57,414 bases of DNA from Thraustochytrium aureum. Its lineage: Eukaryota. A program made the translations under genes and the position numbers. The stretch is from contig BLSG01000217.1 in assembly GCA_012862495.1 (NCBI GenBank), positions 23,784 through 81,197 on the forward strand, written 5' to 3'. Each line of letters begins with the position of its first letter. Positions within the stretch are counted from its first letter, which is position 1. Of this stretch, positions 1 through 11,700 are shown piece by piece. Under the pieces are notes generated by a model. That model had not been told where the DNA came from, searched no databases, and saw nothing but the letters and a program-made list of their open reading frames with translations.

Positions 1-2571
1 GCCAACAGACATGCTGCCATATGGGTGCCAGGTTGGGCGCCCGAGCCATCACCCAAAGAAATGCGCGGCGACGTCACCGGAGAGTTTCCACGCATGACGC
101 CAGAGCTTGTGATGCAAGCAGGCGCAGAGCCGCCAGCAACGCATACTTTCTCAACCAACCGCGTGTTCGGCCGCAAACACGACGGGCGGCCTGACGCGTT
201 CGTTGTCGTCAGCTGGAACGCCAAGGCTGCCAAGGCCATGGGGACATTTCTATCGACCGCAGGCGTTGGCCTCGTGCTGGTAGCCAGCGCAGCGCAAGAG
301 GCAGCCAACGCAGGGCTCTCGTACTCATTGGTGCAGCGCGTTTTGGCCTCAGCAGGCACGCTCCAGTACGAGGTCGCAGATGTGGACGACGAGACGCGCA
401 AGGAGGCGGAGCTGGCGGCAGACGCACTTGTGCGCGGCTTTGCAAGAGGTATCGGCTCGGGCGAAGCAAATATAGTACCAGGCGCTGTCGTACCTGAGGC
501 AGCTTTCCTGATTCCCTTCCTCGCCGCCGCGGCTAGCCGGCAGCAGGTCGACCTCGCCGTGGTTTTCGCGGCCCAGAATGGAGTTCACGCCGCTTTCGAG
601 GACATGGAGCGGGCGCTCGGGAAAGTTGGGCCAAGCATGGTAGATGAAGATTCGATTGACAGGCTCTGCCTCGCACGGATAAGAGATTGGCGCGTGGGCC
701 CTGCGCCGTCGACTCCTCGGAGCAGTGGAATAATTCGGACCTGGCCTGCTCTTGACTGGGTTGGCCGCATTGCGCCAGCGCCTGTGGCGACAACGAACAC
801 GGCGAGCGCTCGGCCGTGCATGATTACCGAGATCCCCGTGCTTCGGTCGGCCATGGTGTGGTCAGCGATAGCCGGCGCGATCATGAACGACGACTACATG
901 GTCCGCGTCGACGCTCGGGTGTTTGTGGCGCGTCTTGAAGACGTCGCGCAGCCCTCAGAAAGGACGCTGCGCACACTGACAACACTTTGCGGCAAGCCGT
1001 TGGAATCAGTGCAAACTGCTGTTTCGCACTGGTCTGCCGACAAATCCAAGACTGTGGCCGCGCTGGGCGGGCTCCCGAACGTCGCTTCAAACGAGCTGGC
1101 AGACCGAGTGCTTGTCGCACAGGTGGCGCTCGTTCTGGATCATCAAGTTCTGGACGCGCTTCAGTACCCGGCCCTGGACCCCGAGCTAGACTTTGAGCGT
1201 CTTGCACTGTCAGTTTTTGGCCCGGCGCCGGCAAAGGGAGGCGCAAGCCAGCAGCGCGACGCAGCACGCGGCGGAGCAAGTGAGAAAGCGCGTGCCGATC
1301 AAGCGCAAGAGGAGGTTGAACCTCCGCGCTATCTGCCGCTCGAGGCTGCACAAGGCGTCTCGAGTCTTCCGCGTGTAGACGCAGGGTACTGCTTGCAGAC
1401 CAAAAAGCACGTCAGTGAAGAGGACAAGAAGATCTTGACGAGGTCGGTTGGCCGGTGCTTGCCGTCCTTTATCGTGTTGGGTGCCCAAAAGTCGGGGACG
1501 GACGAGCTGGCGGTCTGGCTCAACATGAACCCGTACTCGCGCCGCCTAGACGGCGGCGTGGAGATCCACTTTTTCGACTGCCTCGGGCGCGGGCAAGGCG
1601 CGATGCGCCCCCCTTGTGATCGCGTGAGGCGCACGTCGATGCGGTACAACAGCCATGCCGCAGACGCCAACGTGACCAAGTTCGGACCCAAGATGTTCAC
1701 GTGGCGGTACCTCCGCGACAACTCGCCATACATAACGACCTGGTGGGAGAGGTACTTGTCGTTGGGCAACCTCGCCTACTACGGGTTTCGCTTCCGAAAG
1801 TCGCTCACGTTCGAAAAGACTCCGGCGTACATGGACCTTGCAAACCCGATGGACATGATGCGAATGCTTCCTTCTGTGCGGCTCGTGTTCGTGCTGCGCG
1901 ACCCCGTGGAGAGGTTCGTGTCAAGCTACTTTCAAATGTGCAGCGGCATGTACGCGCAGTTTGACAGTTGTTCTTATGCCGACTTGGAGGAGCGGTTCAA
2001 CCGCCTGTCGTTGACGATGCCGACGCCGAGCAGCGAAGCTGAGGCTGAGCCGTCGCGCGTCCTGGGCGACGGCGCCGAAGTCTGGGCGCTGCACGAAATG
2101 AAGGATCACGGCAATCAAAACGGCGAGATTGACTTTCTTGTGCGGCGGGGGATTCTCCATAGTTTGTATTCGGTGTGGCTGCAGCGGTGGCGAAGCGCCT
2201 TCCCAGATTCTAGCATCATGGTCGTGTTTGCGCAGCACTTCAAGCTCTACCCGCAAGCCGTCGTCCATGCGATCGAGACCTTTAACGGGCTCAACACGAC
2301 GCGCAAGCACCACGAGTACAAGCCTCACATCACCAAGTCCGGGTTTTTCGTTTTGGGTGACTACAGCAAAGCGAGCAAGCCGTCGCACACCAAGAGGACC
2401 CCTGCGGCGCTGCGCGAAAAGCTGGCGGATTTCTTCAGGCCTTGGGTCGCGCGCTTCAAGAGGGACTTGCTTGGCTCTGACGTTGTGTTCAAGCCGCGAG
2501 CTCGAATTCCGGACAAGCTCAAGCAAGTGCCGCACTACAAAGACTTTGAGTTTCCCAAGTGGCTGCTGTGA
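1..2571 (+). CDS. PAPS-dependent sulfotransferase (heparan-sulfate 3-O/N-sulfotransferase-like C-terminal domain) with a long unassigned N-terminal region; 5'-partial
   Basis: Frame 1 is open from base 1. 5'-PSB motif PSFIVLGAQKSGT, then EIHFFD, FEKTPAY and 3'-PB motif LRDPVERFVSSY. Stop TGA at 2569-2571. Confidence 0.85.
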   Translation, partial: ANRHAAIWVPGWAPEPSPKEMRGDVTGEFPRMTPELVMQAGAEPPATHTFSTNRVFGRKHDGRPDAFVVVSWNAKAAKAMGTFLSTAGVGLVLVASAAQEAANAGLSYSLVQRVLASAGTLQYEVADVDDETRKEAELAADALVRGFARGIGSGEANIVPGAVVPEAAFLIPFLAAAASRQQVDLAVVFAAQNGVHAAFEDMERALGKVGPSMVDEDSIDRLCLARIRDWRVGPAPSTPRSSGIIRTWPALDWVGRIAPAPVATTNTASARPCMITEIPVLRSAMVWSAIAGAIMNDDYMVRVDARVFVARLEDVAQPSERTLRTLTTLCGKPLESVQTAVSHWSADKSKTVAALGGLPNVASNELADRVLVAQVALVLDHQVLDALQYPALDPELDFERLALSVFGPAPAKGGASQQRDAARGGASEKARADQAQEEVEPPRYLPLEAAQGVSSLPRVDAGYCLQTKKHVSEEDKKILTRSVGRCLPSFIVLGAQKSGTDELAVWLNMNPYSRRLDGGVEIHFFDCLGRGQGAMRPPCDRVRRTSMRYNSHAADANVTKFGPKMFTWRYLRDNSPYITTWWERYLSLGNLAYYGFRFRKSLTFEKTPAYMDLANPMDMMRMLPSVRLVFVLRDPVERFVSSYFQMCSGMYAQFDSCSYADLEERFNRLSLTMPTPSSEAEAEPSRVLGDGAEVWALHEMKDHGNQNGEIDFLVRRGILHSLYSVWLQRWRSAFPDSSIMVVFAQHFKLYPQAVVHAIETFNGLNTTRKHHEYKPHITKSGFFVLGDYSKASKPSHTKRTPAALREKLADFFRPWVARFKRDLLGSDVVFKPRARIPDKLKQVPHYKDFEFPKWLL

Positions 2572-2716
2572 TCCCAAGCTGACTCTCGTGGGAAGGGCTT
2601 GCCGGCTTGGCCCCACCGAGGCAGCGCTGAAGCGACGCGTATTTTATCTTGTTTTGTTTCTCCACTATTTGCACACTTCTTCGGTCTTACAGGAGGCCCG
2701 TCCTGGTCTATGCCGC

Positions 2717-5097
2717 TTAGCTCGGGCTGCCGGCGCCGGCGACGCACGTCTTGTACGCGGCGAGCTTTTCGATGCCGACCTTGGTGGCAGGCCCGGGGCC
2801 ATCTGTGAAGCGGACGGAGAGAGGCATCGTCTCGACGGCGATTTCGTTCGACGCGCGGCGAACCATGAACGTGCCTTCGTTGCCCCATTTGGGGCCCCAC
2901 GAGTTTTGGATTATCCACACGGGCACCTCTTCGCCCTGAACCTCGACGGTGTCCCAGCCCACGAGCAGGACCGCGTGCGTCGTCTTGATCCAGTAGCTGT
3001 GCTTCATCTGGATCGTGTTTTCGTCCCGCTTCCACAGCGGGGTAAAGACACCGCCCTTGTACAACTGGAGCTCTGGCGTGGCGTCGATGGCCACGGCGAG
3101 CGGGCCAAACGCGACCAGCTCCACCATCATCTCGTGCATTGAGGGCCCGTACCCGTACGAGCCACCGGCATAGTTGAATTCGNNNNNNNNNNNNNNNNNN
3201 NNNNNNNNNNNNNNNNNNNNNNNNNNNNNNNNNNNNNNNNNNNNNNNNNNNNNNNNNNNNNNNNNNNNNNNNNNNNNNNNNNNNNNNNNNNNNNNNNNNN
3301 NNNNNNNNNNNNNNNNNNNNNNNNNNNNNNNNNNNNNNNNNNNNNNNNNNNNNNNNNNNNNNNNNNNNNNNNNNNNNNNNNNNNNNNNNNNNNNNNNNNN
3401 NNNNNNNNNNNNNNNNNNNNNNNNNNNNNNNNNNNNNNNNNNNNNNNNNNNNNNNNNNNNNNNNNNNNNNNNNNNNNNNNNNNNNNNNNNNGTAGGGGTC
3501 GCACTTGGCGTCAAAGAGGCCCTCCGCGAAGGCAGAGTAGGCAGCGAGCGCTGGGTACCCGCCGTCGCAGCCTTGGTTGACGTACGAGCAGTCGAGGATG
3601 GACTGGGGACTCAGCTGGACGTCCAGAACGCTGCTGTCGCGCAACGTGTCGTTTAGCTGGCAGGAGGCGTCTGGATGGCGCGCAATGCGCAGCCGCGCAG
3701 TGGCAGCGCTCGCGCCAGCAAACGCGTAGCAGCTTCCACACGAGCCCTGGTTCGGGGCTGCGGATATAATGCCGCGGCACCCGGTCTGGGAGGGGTCGAG
3801 CCAGGAGAACCGCTTGCCAAACGTAGTCACTGCGCACATGCTTTCGACGTTGTTGATCACCTTCTCCTCGTCGGATCCGGCGACTTTGAGCTTCAGCTCG
3901 TTCTTCTCCAGGCTGTGGAGAATCGCGACCGAGTCGTCGTCGAGCCCCGCTGCGGCTTGCGCTGCACCACCGCTGCTTCCGGCGGCCCGCGTTTTGTGAA
4001 ACTCGAGCCCGTCTTCCTGGTCCTGCATCATGGCCGTGTACCTGGACCGATAGTCTCCCAAGTTGGCCGCGCCTTGTGAGAGCTCTGTGACCCCGAGCCC
4101 CATCAGGGCGTCGCGAAAGGTGCCTTCGGCAAAGACGGCCGCGGAATCCATAGAGGCCGTCCACCCGAGGTTGGCCGCGTTGATCCGGTCCACAAACGCC
4201 TGCGAGACAGCCATCTTCTGGTCGAGGAAGGCATCCATCCGCGACTTGCCGCGCGAGGCCGCCCGCTGCGCTGCCTTTCCTTTTGATGAGGCGGTTTCCG
4301 CTACTTCCAGAAGAGCTGGTGCGCCCATCTCGTCGTCGCCTTGCTCGATCATGCTTTTGGGGGCCACGAGAAACTCGTGCGCGACGTCCTGGTGGCCCAT
4401 CTGGCGCATCTCCGACGAGTGTGGCGGTACTTTCGTTGTCTTTTTGGCGACCAGGCAGCCGCGATACACCTTGCCGCGCTGGTGCACCTGGTCGCCGCGA
4501 GCGGACCAGAATCCAGTCACCGTTTCGTCGCAAAAGGAGGTATACGCACTGAGTGACTCGAGCGTTGGGTAGCGTTTGCGGAGCCCCGAAGGCTTAGTCG
4601 GCGCGTACCGGAAGAACGCGACAAACTTGGCCGCCACATCGTCGAAGAGTTTGCTCGACACGAGGAACCCCTCGTCGTAGAGAAGCGTGAATTTGGCTGC
4701 TTTGCAGCCTGCGGGCATCGGTCCCGCTGCAGTGCCGCACGGGTCGCCTCCGTCGCGCGACATGCTGCATATTTTCGCGCCCGTCCCGTTTGCAAAGGGG
4801 ACACACAAGCGAAACCTGGCTGCAGCAAGACCAACTTTCTCGAAAGGCTGGGCGCGGTCCAACCACCAGTGGTCAAACTTGTCGTTTTCCTGCATCGTTT
4901 TCGTAAAGTCGTCTGGCCTGCGGTGCCCGCAGACTTGTTGCATCGAGTAGGGGTCGACCTCGCCGGGCAAGGTCACCTTCATGTCCCACTCCCCCAAAAA
5001 CTCAATCGCCCATGCAGTGCACGGGCAGGTCCGCGCGAGCCACGCCGTAAAGCCCCGCCACGACCACCGCTACCGCGCCCAGCGCGGTCCCCTTCAT
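2717..5097 (-). CDS. CTSC: Cathepsin C / dipeptidyl peptidase I (papain family C1A); contains a gap and a 1-nt frameshift near 5004
   Basis: Signal peptide MKGTALGAVAVVVAGLYGVARA, then exclusion-domain start DLPVHCMGD/EFLGEW (one extra T breaks the frame). Catalytic motifs NQGSCGSCYAF, QGCDGGYP, HAVLLVGW and WIIQNSWG. Gap at 3183-3491. Confidence 0.9.
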
Positions 5098-5351
5098 CGC
5101 CCTGCCCACAGAGCCCCTGCTCGCAGCGCCCCAAAAAGGAAGAAAAACACCCCCCCAAAAAAGCCTCCCGGAAAACAAGGAGGCGAAACGGCGACGAGAC
5201 CTCGTTCCGCGGCCAACCCACGCGGCCCACCGGCGCAAGCAGCCAACGCCGGCACGCAGGCGCGCACGCAGGCGCGCACAGACCAAGCGAGCGACACGCA
5301 GCCCGTGCGCCGCGCCTCTCAAAGCGCCCGCTGCCGAGCCTCGATAGGTGT

Positions 5352-5389
5352 CTGCCTGCCTGCCTGCCTGCCTGCCTGCCGCCTGCCTG
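5352..5389. repeat. (CCTG/GCAG)n tetranucleotide tract upstream of cathepsin C
   Basis: ctgcctgcctgcctg... read directly, about 255 bp upstream of ATG 5097. Confidence 0.9.
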
Positions 5390-6065
5390 TCTTCTGTTCT
5401 GAACCCACCACAACAGCCCTCGCAGCCTTGACTTTCCCTTGACACCGGCGACACATTCGCAACCTTGCTTTGCGTTAGACTATTGAATTTTGGTATTGAG
5501 GTGGAGGGCCAGGCTCTCTTCGATTCTGGCCCGCAATGGGGGCGCCCGCTGTTCAGTGGACTCGGCGTGCTCGCTGACGTAGGTGCTTTCATCACATGAC
5601 AGGCGTGCGGCCGAATCGAATCGGGCAGCGAGCTGCACGACTGGCGCACCGGTCGGCGCTGCCTGTGGCGCTCTGCGCCTCATCNNNNNNNNNNNNNNNN
5701 NNNNNNNNNNNNNNNNNNNNNNNNNNNNNNNNNNNNNNNNNNNNNNNNNNNNNNNNNNNNNNNNNNNNNNNNNNNNNNNNNNNNNNNNNNNNNNNNNNNN
5801 NNNNNNNNNNNNNNNNNNNNNNNNNNNNNNNNNNNNNNNNNNNNNNNNNNNNNNNNNNNNNNNNNNNNNNNNNNNNNNNNNNNNNNNNNNNNNNNNNNNN
5901 NNNNNNNNNNNNNNNNNNNNCCACTTTCGTCCGGTTGTTGAAAATGTGGCGACGGTGGAGGCGGCGCTGGCGCTCGTGCCCGGCTAACGGCAGCAGCGGT
6001 GGCAGGACGCACGGGGGCGGCAGTGCTGTTGAAGAAATTGTATTTGGAAGGTTGGCGGAAGGGAT

Positions 6066-7728
6066 TTAGCGGCAGCGCTTGACGATGCCGATCGCGATGG
6101 TGGTACCTTCGTCGCGCAGAGTGAAGCGGCCGAGCTGCATGGTCTTCTCAAAGGGCTCGAGCACGATGGAGCGCTCGAGGCGGATTTTGCAGATGATGGT
6201 CTGGCCCTGCTTGGCGTGCGAAGGGTTCTTGGTGGCGATCTTGCCCGTTTTGTCGAGCACCGCTGCGAGCTCGTAGACGGAGCACTCCTCCTCGGCGGTG
6301 TGCGCGTGGAAGACCGCGTTGTAGCCGGCGCTCATGATAGGGCGATGCTTGAGCAGGCCCACGATGAAAAGCTGCGCAATGACCTCCGTGCTGCCCGCAA
6401 CAGGGAAGAACCGCGAACTCACGACGTGGCCCTTGGACACCTCGTTTTCGGTGATGCCCCCAAGGCGGACAAGCACGTTCTCCCCCGGCTTGGCCCCTGT
6501 GACCTCCACCTCGCTGATCAATACCGTGTCCACCTTGACCTCCTGCATGTTGGGGCAGACACAGATCGTCTGGCCCGCATAGACCACGCCGGACTCGACC
6601 TTGCCCATGAGCACGACGCCGCGGTCGTTGTAGCGGCCAATCACTGTCATCCGCAGAGGCTTGTTCTCGTCGCGGCCAGCAACAGAGGTTTGGTTGAGCG
6701 TCTCCAGCAGCGAGCGGCCGTCGTTGATCTCGGGGGCCCACGGGCAGACATCGGCCGTGACGCGGCGCTTGACGCCGAGTCCGGTGATTGCCGAGATGGG
6801 CAGGAAGGTCACGTCCTTCTTGACCTTGAACCCGCAGCCCTTGAGGAAGGGGCGGAGCTTCTTGACACAGTGCTCGTAGCGGTCCTGGCTCCACTGGACG
6901 GTCTTCTCGTCCATCTTGTTGATGACGACAATCAGTTTCTGGATCCCCAGCGTCTTGGCGAGCATCGCGTGCTCGCGCGTCTGGCCGAGCCCGTCGAATC
7001 CGGACTCGAACTCGCCCTTGCGTGCAGAGATCACGAGCACGCCCACGTCGGCCTGCGAAGCACCAGAGATCATCGCCGGCACGTAGTTTTTGTGCCCGGG
7101 GGCGTCCAGAATGGTGATGCGCCTGTCCTCGAGATCGATCTGCGCCATCCCTACCTCCGAGGTCTTGCCCTTGGCCCTCTCTTCCTCGTTCGTGTCCATA
7201 ATGTAGGCGAGGAACCAGCTCTCGCGGTTTCGCTCTTTTGCCTCCTGTTCGAACTTTTCGATCGTGCGCTTGTCGACCGTCCCCATCTCGTACAGAATCG
7301 ACCCTGAAAGCGTGCTCTTGCCGGCGTCGACGTGCCCGATGAAGACTACGTTGAGATGTTCGCGGGGATCTGCGTTTTCGATCGCTTGGAGCTGCTTGAT
7401 CCTCTCCTTTTCGAACCCGGAGGGGTCAACCTTGGGCTTGGGCGCAGCCGGGGCTGGCGCGCTCGCTGCCGCTCCGCTTTGGTCGATGCCCGCGCCCTCG
7501 CTCTTCGGAAGCGCCGGCTCCTCCGCTTCGCCTTCGCCGTCGTCCTCGTCGTTCCCGGCCTGTTCCGCGTCAGCACTGGCTGCTGGAGCGTCGCCCCCAA
7601 TGGAAACGCGCACGGCGCCGATGCTTGCGGCTAACTCATCGAGCGACGTCGCAGCCTCTTCGCCCTCATTGGCGGGCGCCGCCACTGCCGCCGCTGTCTG
7701 TTGCGCGGCGGCGGGCGCCGCCGCCGCT
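6066..7728 (-). CDS. GSPT1: Eukaryotic peptide chain release factor GTP-binding subunit eRF3; start lies in the gap
   Basis: HLNVVFIGHVDAGKST, RNRESWFLAYIMDTNEEERAKGKT, DAPGHKNYVP, TREHAMLAKTLG, INKMD, C-terminal LGRFTLRDEGTTIAIG. Ala/acidic low-complexity N-terminal extension. Confidence 0.93.
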
Positions 7729-8205
7729 NNNNNNNNNNNNNNNNNNNNNNNNNNNNNNNNNNNNNNNNNNNNNNNNNNNNNNNNNNNNNNNNNNNNNNNN
7801 NNNNNNNNNNNNNNNNNNNNNNNNNNNNNNNNNNNNNNNNNNNNNNNNNNNNNNNNNNNNNNNNNNNNNNNNNNNNNNNNNNNNNNNNNNNNNNNNNNNN
7901 NNNNNNNNNNNNNNNNNNNNNNNNNNNNNNNNNNNNNNNNNNNNNNNNNNNNNNNNNNNNNNNNNNNNNNNNNNNNNNNNNNNNNNNNNNNNNNNNNNNN
8001 NNNNNNNNNNNNNNNNNNNNNNNNNNNNNNNNNNNNNNNNNNNNNNNNNNNNNNNNNNNNNNNNNNNNNNNNNNNNNNNNNNNNNNNNNNNNNNNNNNNN
8101 NNNNNNNNNNNNNNNNNNNNNNNNNNNNNNNNNNNNNNNNNNNNNNNNNNNNNNNNNNNNNNNNNNNNNNNNNNNNNNNNNNNNNNNNNNNNNNNNNNNN
8201 NNNNN

Positions 8206-8433
8206 GACGGCCCGGGCGTGCTCTCGATGGCCAACTCGGGGCGCAACACGAACGGATCGCAGTTTTTCCTCTGCACCGCGCAGACTTCGTGGCTTGATGG
8301 CAAGCACGTGGTTTTCGGGCGCGTCCGCGACGAGAAGAGCATGAAAGTGGTCAGCCTGATTGAGAGCGTCGGCAGCGCGGAGGGCCACACGAAGGCAAAG
8401 GTTGTGGTTGTCGACTGCGGGCAACTGGCGTAG
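8206..8433 (+). CDS. Cyclophilin-type peptidyl-prolyl isomerase, C-terminal part; 5' end lies in the gap
   Basis: [39 protein letters not shown]...VVVDCGQL, stop TAG at 8431-8433. Confidence 0.93.
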   Translation, partial: DGPGVLSMANSGRNTNGSQFFLCTAQTSWLDGKHVVFGRVRDEKSMKVVSLIESVGSAEGHTKAKVVVVDCGQLA

Positions 8434-8728
8434 ATTCTTTTGCTCACATCTTCATCTGCTCTGCTCCTCCCGCCTCACCGAGCCTGGTTGGTAGGCTGGC
8501 TGGCCCGACCGCGCGCGGGGGCAGCGAGCAACGCGCTGCCGACCTGGTTGCCGGTCGCTGGCCCTCCGCTCGCGGACCCCTCTTGGCTGCCCTCCAGCAT
8601 GGCGCGCAGCAGCTCTTGCCAACCACAAGCCAGTTCTCTCCACTATCGCTGGGACGTTCAACTACTCTAGAGTATAGGTAAACGCACATTTCTACCGCTG
8701 TTGTTGCGCATGAAAGCGGAGATGCGAC

Positions 8729-11700
8729 TCAGCGCCGGGTCCGCCGCGCCTTGCCACGACGCTCTCGCGGCGCCTTGTCGCCGAACGCGGCGTCCATGAC
8801 TCTGAGCGCGTCGTGCGCGCTTGCGAGCAACGACTCCAGGTTGTCAGTGAGCGCGATGTGCAGCTTCTCGGGCAGCTTTTCCTTGTTGAGGTCGAGGCGG
8901 TTCATAACCATCCCGAGCGCAATCGTGCTCGCGTCGCCCATCACGCTGACTTGTGGGTCAAACACAAAGGCGTCGGGCACTTGGCTGTTTTGGACAAACA
9001 CTCGAAACGCCCTCCCGCGCCGAAGCATCGCCTGAGGCAGCGCCACCGCCTTGGCGCGCACTCTGTTCATCGCCAGGATCCGGCCCTGCGCTTGCTGCGC
9101 TCGACCTTTCAAGGGACTCGTCGACGTCGTCGTTCGCCGCAGACGGGGCAAGCCCGTGCCGTAGCCCGCTGGCAAAGGCGTCCAGGCTCTCCGTGCAGCC
9201 ACGCCCAACCCGCTGCAAGTATGTGTAATCGCGAAAGTCCGTCGACGTCGTTATCGGTTTGCCCATGAAGTCCGACTTGAACACAAAGGAGACCGTCGGC
9301 GAGAGCTGGTGGTAGCCGGAGCGATTCTGCACTGCTCGCATCGCCGCGCCTAGCTCCTGCTCCGACGCCTCTTCCACCGGAACCAAGACCTGATCTGTCC
9401 GCATCTCCACTTTGGACGGAAGCAACCCGAAAACGATGCGCTGTCGCTTGCGTCCACGAGAAAGACTAGTCGGTCTTGGCAAATCGGCAATCGAGTGCCC
9501 TGCGCCGTCGCCAAAGGGGCCGCCGCGAACCACATGGCTCGCCTCGTCAATCGTTGTTTTCGACCGCGGCGACCCGGACGACTCGGACGACGCCGCGGAT
9601 GCTGCTCCTGAACTCTGCTCGTCATGGGCGCGATTGAGCCCCGGTTCATGCCGCCGAGCCGCCCCGCCTGCTGACTGGCTCGCGGCAAACGACAAGGCGC
9701 GCAATGAGCCTTTCCTCTGCTGCAAGTGTTGCCGCGCGTGAAGCTGGGTCCCGAGCTGAGAGAGGTTTGCCGCGGACCCGAGGGTCGCGGCGCGAGGCGG
9801 CAGCGCCCCTGCCGCCCCTTTGCCGCTCACCAAGAGCTGCTCGAAACGCAAAACTTGACACGAGCCCCTCAGCTCAACGGTGAGCTCGCGCTCGATGCGG
9901 TTCGCGCACCGGTCCACCGTCAGCGAGAAAAGAGCGCTGTTGTCAACACGAAGGCCCGCCGCCGCAGAGCGCTTGATCTCGTTCGAGACTCCGTTTACGA
10001 CCGAGATGTCGCAGTGCCCGATCTCGATTTCGATGTCCCCCACAGCTCTGAGCGACCGCGCAGCGCCCTCCCCCAGAACTTGGTCGCGCAAATTCTCTTC
10101 GTTCGAGCGCCCTTGCCGGCTTGCGTAACTTGCACTGAACATGCCGGGCCCACCGCTCCTGGGGGACACCGCGTCCGCATCTGAGTTTGCCGAGCTGGGC
10201 GCAGCCCCACCCCACTCTTCGCCGTAGAATTTCGGAAGGCTCACCGACCGCGCCTCCCGAATTTGCTTCAGGAGCGGGAGGGCAACCTTGAGCAATACCG
10301 GCAGGGTTCTGCTTGAGATTTCGGCCTCCACTGAGGCGGCTCGGGCAATGATGACTTGTTTGCACGTTCGGCTTTCTTCGATGAACACCTCGGACGCGAT
10401 CAACCCGAGGTCGTCGGCGTCCACCACAAACAGCATCGTCCGCTGCTTGTTCGCGCCGCTCCCAAAAACGAGCGCGACCTGCGAGAAGAGCCGACCGCGT
10501 ACCCGGAACACAAAGTGGTTGAGCGCGCTCTTGTGCTTCATCCAGGGCTGCCAGTCGTTCGCCGGGGCTGGCGTGCTCTCGTGGAATCGCTTGAGCTCGA
10601 TGGCAGTCACAAACTCTGGCAGCCTGATGAGACTGTCGAGGCTCGGCATTTGCTGCGCGTCCCGCATCAAGTGGAACACCAACCCCTCATTAAAGTGCAG
10701 CCCGCACTCCACGCGGCCCTCGGACTGGGCCAGAATAGACCTCACGTCAAAGTACATGTGCACGACGTCCGCTACGGTGTCGGTCGCCACGAGAGTCTGG
10801 GGCTGAGAGTAGCAACCGCCCACAGCAATCAGCTCAAGTCGGACCACCGAGTGCAGTGTGCCGAGGTCGGCGCGCAACTCGACGTGGTTAATCCGTGCTT
10901 GAACCATCCGCGTGGGCGAGCTTTGCCGGTCCATCTCGCGCCCCGTCAGGAGGTACTCGTCATCGCTTTCGTCGACGTCAACACCGCTCTCGTCGTCGTC
11001 GCTTGGCCGCCCTCCGAGAACCAAGAGGGCCGCGCCTGCGGCCGCGCCACCAATTTCGGCTTCAGCTTGGCCCTGCCGAGACGCGGAGTGCTGGACATCG
11101 ACGTACGGCGAATGGTTGCCCATTTCCCCTCCCGAGCTTCCTTCGTCTGTGCCTGCGCGGCCCTGACGGACCAGCTTTTCTGCCTTTTCGTACTCGCGCG
11201 TCCACCCGTACTGCAGGCCAAAAAACTTGTCCATGTTCCACAAGTTCACGTCGCCCTCGACCCGTGTGACGTCGAACAGGCCAACATTGACGGGCAGAGC
11301 TACCAAGCCGTGAGCCTGGTTGAACTGCGCCCGAGTGCCGACCACGGCTGCTTTGGCAAAGTGCGACGGTTCATTCACCGCCACTTCGACGAGCGGGATG
11401 AAGAGGGTGATGCATTCGAGCTCGAACTCGTCCTCGTCAGCTGGGTTCATGCTTGTTGGGCCGCGACTCCATGCAAGCTCGCATGGCTTGCTGATCGATA
11501 AAACAGCGCTCACATCGTCACCCGTGCTCAGCGCCTCAAACGTAGACACAAACTTAACCGGGCAGAGGCGCGCAAACAGGTTCCACCGCAGCTCAAAAGC
11601 AGATTCCTGCTCGTTGTCCGCGTCAAACTCTCGCAACCGGTTGCCGAACGAGTCCGTTCGGCCGGTGCGTCCGCTCGCATCGGAGTCGAGGTCATAAGCG

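Noticed and set aside
2535..3182. C-terminus of the 820-aa ORF (RIQLCRWL...)
   Set aside because: Wrong frame after the gap. The catalytic His/Asn motifs are in the frame ending at 2717.
4990..5010. Programmed +1 frameshift at GAT-TGA in cathepsin C, next to eRF3
   Set aside because: The other frameshifts share no motif or direction, so assembly error is simpler, and the eRF3 adjacency looks coincidental.
7729..8447. N-terminal extension of the 793-aa eRF3 ORF in the track
   Set aside because: It reads through Ns and then the antisense strand of the cyclophilin; it is not a fusion.
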